Origin: an uncultured delta proteobacterium
GTDB taxonomy: Bacteria > Desulfobacterota > Binatia > UBA9968
Assembly: GCA_963760795.1 (NCBI GenBank)
Contig: CAVXEP010000034.1
Coordinates: 32,001-96,000, forward strand
DNA length: 64,000 nt
Direction: 5' to 3'
Shown: positions 60,113-64,000 of the stretch, one piece after another
Position numbering within the stretch: position 1 is the first letter of the stretch
How the letters are laid out: every line of letters begins with the position of its first letter
Translations under genes and position numbers: made by a program
The notes under the pieces: generated by a model
Told to the model about the DNA's origin: nothing
Databases searched by the model: none
Seen by the model: the letters and a program-made list of their open reading frames with translations, nothing else

Positions 60113-61814
60113 ATGGCGGATTCCATCGCGGATGTTTGTATTGTCGGGGTCGGCGGCATGGGCGGTATCATGGCCAAGGAGTTGGCCTCCGCCGGTTTGA
60201 AAGTGGTCGGTTTCGAGCGCGGTCCGGCGCCGAAAAAAGAAGACTACGCGCCGCGCGACTCGATCCGTTTTCTCATCCGTCCCGAGCAGCTCGAATGGGT
60301 GCGTCATGAGCCGACGACGACGCGGAAAAAGGCCGGACAGAAAACCAACTTGCAGTATCGCACGAGTCCCTTGAACGTGTTGGGCGGCGCTTTGCTGCAT
60401 TGGACCGGACAGTCGTCGCGCTACATGCCCGGCGACTTCAAGATTTACAGCAATGAAATCGCCAGCGGCGGCGCCGAGCGCGCCAAGGCGGATCTCACCG
60501 GCTACGATATCATCGATTGGCCGCTCAGCTATGACGATCTCGAACCGTATTACGAAAAGTTCGAATGGGAGTTCGGTGTCTCGGGGCAGGCCGGGCTCAA
60601 TCCCTTTGCCGGGCCGCGCCAGCGCGGTTTCCCGCTGCCGCCGCTGCGCCATAGCGGCAAGATGCAGCTGTTCGCCGAGGCGTGCAGAAAACTCGGCTAT
60701 CATCCCTACGACACGGCCGCCGGCATCGCGTCGCAGCCCTACAAGCCGGCGGCGCCCTTCGACACGCGCATCGATGAGCGGCCGGCCTGCGTTTACTGCG
60801 GCGCACTGCAACTTCTACGGCTGCCATGTGCACGCCAAATCGGCGTCGCTCTACATCACGATTCCGGTGGCAGTGAAGACCGGCAACTTCGAGCTCAAGA
60901 CCAATGCCAAAGTTTGCCGCATCAACAGCGACGCTAGCGGCCAAGTGACTGGAGTAAGTTACTTCGATGCCGATGGCCGCGAGCATGAGCAGCGAGCGCG
61001 GGTGGTGATCCTGAGCGCGTTTATCTTCGAGCATGCGCGTTTGCTGCTATTGTCGAAGACCGATTCGGGGAAATTCGCCAAAGGCTTGGCTAACTCTAGC
61101 GGTTATGTTGGCCGCAATATTCTTGCTCATGGCGATGTCCGGGCCATGGGCGCCTTCGACGATTTTATTATCAATGGCTACATCGGCCCGGGCTCGGCGG
61201 CCATGCGCATCGACGATTTCAACGGCAATAACTTCGATCACACCGGCCTGGGCTTTATTCGCGGCGGCACCATCGGCACCAGCGGCGATGGCACGCCGGT
61301 GACGCGGGTCGACGTCTTGCCGCCGGATGTGCCGACCTGGGGCAGGGAGTTCAAGGAGTTTTACCAACGCTATTACAACCGGATCATGGATCTGAATATG
61401 CAACCGGAGACCTTGCCGCACAAAGCCAACCGCATCGATCTCGATCCCCGCGCGCGCGACCGCTGGGGATTGCCGCTGCCCCGGGTGACCTTCGATTTCC
61501 ATCAAAATGAACACCGGCTGCAAAAATACCTCGCCGGAGTGGGCGATCGCATCATGCGCGCCACCGGCGCGAGCAAAGTTTGGACGGAAGAAAAAGGCCG
61601 GCCCAACCGCTGGGCCGGCGGCACGCGCATGGGCGCCGACCCGAAAAATTCGGTCGTCAATCAATACTGCCAGACTCACGATATTGCGAATCTCTTCGTC
61701 GTCGGCGCCTCGGTGTTTCCAACCATGGCCGGTTATCCGCCGACTGCGACGGTGGCGGCGTTGAGTTATCGAACCTCGGAGTTTATCTTGCAGCAGAAAG
61801 ATTGGTTCAAGTAG
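60113..61814 (+). CDS. GMC family flavoprotein, gluconate-dehydrogenase-like (frameshift near 60803)
   Basis: VGVGGMG, GG..LHW, WPLSYDDLEPYY, CVYCG.CNFYGC, GGTRMG. Confidence 0.9.
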
Positions 61815-61835
61815 TATACGAGAAAAAAATCAAGT

Positions 61836-61886
61836 GATGGAATATTGGGCTTATGAACCCAACACTCCAATACTCCATCAGTCCAG
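61836..61886. repeat. GGAGTA / TACTCC-type periodic inverted element
   Basis: tgatggaatattggg ... cccaacactccaatactccatca; related half-copy at ~22080-22110. Confidence 0.5.
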
Positions 61887-61903
61887 TCTTACAGGGAGGT
61901 CTT

Positions 61904-62926
61904 ATGAAACGCATTGTCATTTGCTTCGATGGGACGTGGAACAGGCCGGCGGAGGAATCGATACCGGAAGCTCAGCAGGTGGAGACCAACGTGCGGCGTT
62001 TCTACGAATCGGTGCGCCCGCAGTCTGCGGATGGGGTCAAACAAGTCAAATGGTATGACGAAGGAGTCGGCACCAAATGGTACGACCGGGTGATCGGCGG
62101 CGGTATCGGCGCCGGGTTGGAAATAAATATCGTCCAGGGCTACGAATTCTTGGCCAAGGAATACCAGGAAGGCGACGAGATTTATGTGCTCGGTTTTAGC
62201 CGCGGCGCGTACACGGCGCGCAGTTTAGTAGGCATGGTGCGCAACTGTGGTCTGATTTACCCCAAGCATCTCGGACTTCGCGCCTTGATGGCTTACGGGA
62301 TCTATCGCACGCGCGACGACAATGTCGATTCCGCGACGGCGAAGCTGTTTCGCTCGTCCTATTGCCGCGATGTGACGATCAAATTTATCGGGGTTTGGGA
62401 TACCGTCGGGGCTCTCGGCGTGCCCCTCGACATTCTCAAAGATGTGCACATGAAGTTTTACGAATTCCACGATACCAATCTCAGCAATATCGTCGAAAAT
62501 GGCTATCAGGCGATGGCGGTTGATGAGCATCGAAACGACTACGACGTCTGCCCATGGAGCCCGGCGGAGAAGCTGCAGCAAAATCTTGAGCAGCGCTGGT
62601 TCATCGGAGCGCACTGCGATGTTGGCGGGGGTTATCCTGACCGGCGCTTGTCCGACTTGCCGCTGCGCTGGATGCAGGACAAGGCAAGCGCGCTTGGCTT
62701 GGCGCTCGACCCCGTCGCCATCGACGGCAAGAGTCATCTCGGCGCATCCACCGACTCCTATGCCAAGTTTCTCAAAGGCGTCTACGCCAAGCGCAATGCC
62801 CGGCACTACCGCGCCATCGGCGCAACCAAGTTCGGCAATGAAGTGGTCGACCCGTCGGTGCAGCAGCGTCGCAAAGACGACCGCGACTACGAGCCGCAAA
62901 ATAACGGGTTGCCGAAGCTGGTGTGA
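61904..62926 (+). CDS. DUF2235 alpha/beta hydrolase (Tle1-like)
   Basis: CFDGTWN, GVGT, GFSRGAYTAR, GVWDTV, AVDEHR, WF.GAHCDVGGG. Confidence 0.92.
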   Translation: MKRIVICFDGTWNRPAEESIPEAQQVETNVRRFYESVRPQSADGVKQVKWYDEGVGTKWYDRVIGGGIGAGLEINIVQGYEFLAKEYQEGDEIYVLGFSRGAYTARSLVGMVRNCGLIYPKHLGLRALMAYGIYRTRDDNVDSATAKLFRSSYCRDVTIKFIGVWDTVGALGVPLDILKDVHMKFYEFHDTNLSNIVENGYQAMAVDEHRNDYDVCPWSPAEKLQQNLEQRWFIGAHCDVGGGYPDRRLSDLPLRWMQDKASALGLALDPVAIDGKSHLGASTDSYAKFLKGVYAKRNARHYRAIGATKFGNEVVDPSVQQRRKDDRDYEPQNNGLPKLV

Positions 62927-62938
62927 TATACTCTGAGG

Positions 62939-63787
62939 ATGGGGATTGGGCTACGGCAGCTTTTTGTTTGCGCTTCGCTATTCGCGCTCGGCTTGGGCTT
63001 GTGGGCATTTTGGCTCGAGCCGGCGAGTCTTAGTAACGAAGACCATGAACTGACACTGCCAGGATGGCCAAACAGCTGCGATGGCTTGCGTGTTGCAGTC
63101 TTGGCGGATCTGCATGTGGGCTCGCCGTTCAACGGCGTCGATAAGCTGGAGCAAATTGTCGATCTAACGCTCAAGGCCAAACCCGAGCTGATTTTGCTCG
63201 CCGGCGATTACACGATCCATGGAGTGGTCGGCGGCAATGTCGTTGCGCCGGAAATCATTGCCAAAGGGTTAAGCCGCTTGACCGCACCGTTAGGCGTTTA
63301 CGCCGTGCTTGGTAATCATGATCATCGAGAAGGGGCCAGGCGGGTTCGCACGGCGCTGGAGTCCAACGGCATCAAGGTTCTCGACGACGATTCGATCCCG
63401 TTGAAATTGGCGGAATGCCGGATTTGGCTGGCCGGCTTGAGCGATTTATGGAACGGCAGGCGCGCATACCAAACGGCATTGGCGCTCATCCCACAGGACG
63501 CTCCCGCCATCGTATTCACGCATAATCCGGACAGCTTTCCGGTACTGCCGAAGCCAGTCACTCTGACCATTGCCGGGCACACCCATGGCGGCCAGGTTCG
63601 CGTGCCGTTGTTGGGGCGACTTATTGTGCCGTCGGATTATGGCGAGCGTTACGCCGTCGGCCACGTGGTGGAGAACGGACGGCATCTGTTCGTCAGTCCG
63701 GGACTCGGCACAAGTATTTTCCCCGTGCGGTTTTTAGTCCCGCCGGAAGTGTCGATGTTGACGCTGCGCTCTGAGAAACATAAGTAA
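62939..63787 (+). CDS. Metallophosphoesterase (YkuE-like)
   Basis: DLH, GD, GNHD, HNPD, GHTHGGQ. Confidence 0.93.
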   Translation: MGIGLRQLFVCASLFALGLGLWAFWLEPASLSNEDHELTLPGWPNSCDGLRVAVLADLHVGSPFNGVDKLEQIVDLTLKAKPELILLAGDYTIHGVVGGNVVAPEIIAKGLSRLTAPLGVYAVLGNHDHREGARRVRTALESNGIKVLDDDSIPLKLAECRIWLAGLSDLWNGRRAYQTALALIPQDAPAIVFTHNPDSFPVLPKPVTLTIAGHTHGGQVRVPLLGRLIVPSDYGERYAVGHVVENGRHLFVSPGLGTSIFPVRFLVPPEVSMLTLRSEKHK

Positions 63788-63813
63788 GTGTCCAGCAGCT
63801 TAGAACCGGCTCA

Positions 63814-64000
63814 ATGACAACGTCACTCGATATTTTAGTCACCGGCGGTACCGGCTACATCGGCCATCATTTGATCCCGCTGCTGATCGCGCGCGGCCAT
63901 CGGGTGCGCGTGTTGGCGCGCGATCAATCACTGAACCGCGTGCCGAGCGGCGCGGCGGGAGTGAAGGGCGATGCGCTGAACGCCGATTCCGTGGCAAGCG
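63814..64000 (+). CDS. NAD(P)-binding epimerase/dehydratase-like protein (runs off the window)
   Basis: MTTSLDILVTGGTGYIG...GHRVRVLAR...GDAL. Confidence 0.8.
   Translation, partial: MTTSLDILVTGGTGYIGHHLIPLLIARGHRVRVLARDQSLNRVPSGAAGVKGDALNADSVAS

Noticed and set aside
9801-61814. Frameshifts in about 14 genes read as programmed frameshifting, phase variation or mass pseudogenisation
   Set aside because: They are small indels with no shared slippery motif and no accompanying nonsense substitutions, and they hit unrelated conserved genes (ppnP, paiB, GH63, GMC). This fits uncorrected long-read error; read data would be needed to confirm.
61904-62926. Type VI secretion effector locus (Tle1)
   Set aside because: No vgrG, PAAR or immunity gene is adjacent; stand-alone DUF2235 hydrolases are common.

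Overview
A GC-rich bacterial chromosomal segment of about 65 genes. The many orphan NMT1/THI5-, TctC- and Fe-type substrate-binding proteins, amidohydrolases and cupins suggest Candidatus Binatia (former Deltaproteobacteria); this taxonomy is an inference. Many genes are split by small indels that restore intact proteins when corrected, most likely uncorrected long-read errors. Highlights: (1) An integron that the ORF track does not show, at 54146-57615 on the minus strand. It has four attC-bounded cassettes (vapBC, a membrane protein, a secreted protein, a 462-aa sulfatase), a putative attI and Pc with three copies of a palindromic motif, and a decayed ~30-codon 3' tail of an integron integrase oriented the same way as the cassettes. 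(2) A probable uncharacterised catabolic operon at 22099-31241 with three heme-oxygenase-like diiron enzymes, an EutA-like ATPase without eutBC, a bicupin, a DapA-like lyase, a dihydroxyphthalate-decarboxylase-like protein and binding proteins. (3) A frameshift-fragmented decaheme OmcA/MtrC-family cytochrome with no adjacent mtrAB. (4) A GMC flavoprotein with both usual catalytic residues replaced. (5) Several families of short periodic inverted-repeat elements and 3'-end gene relics in intergenic DNA. I saw no rRNA, tRNA or CRISPR array. All product calls come from motif recognition by eye; no database search was run.
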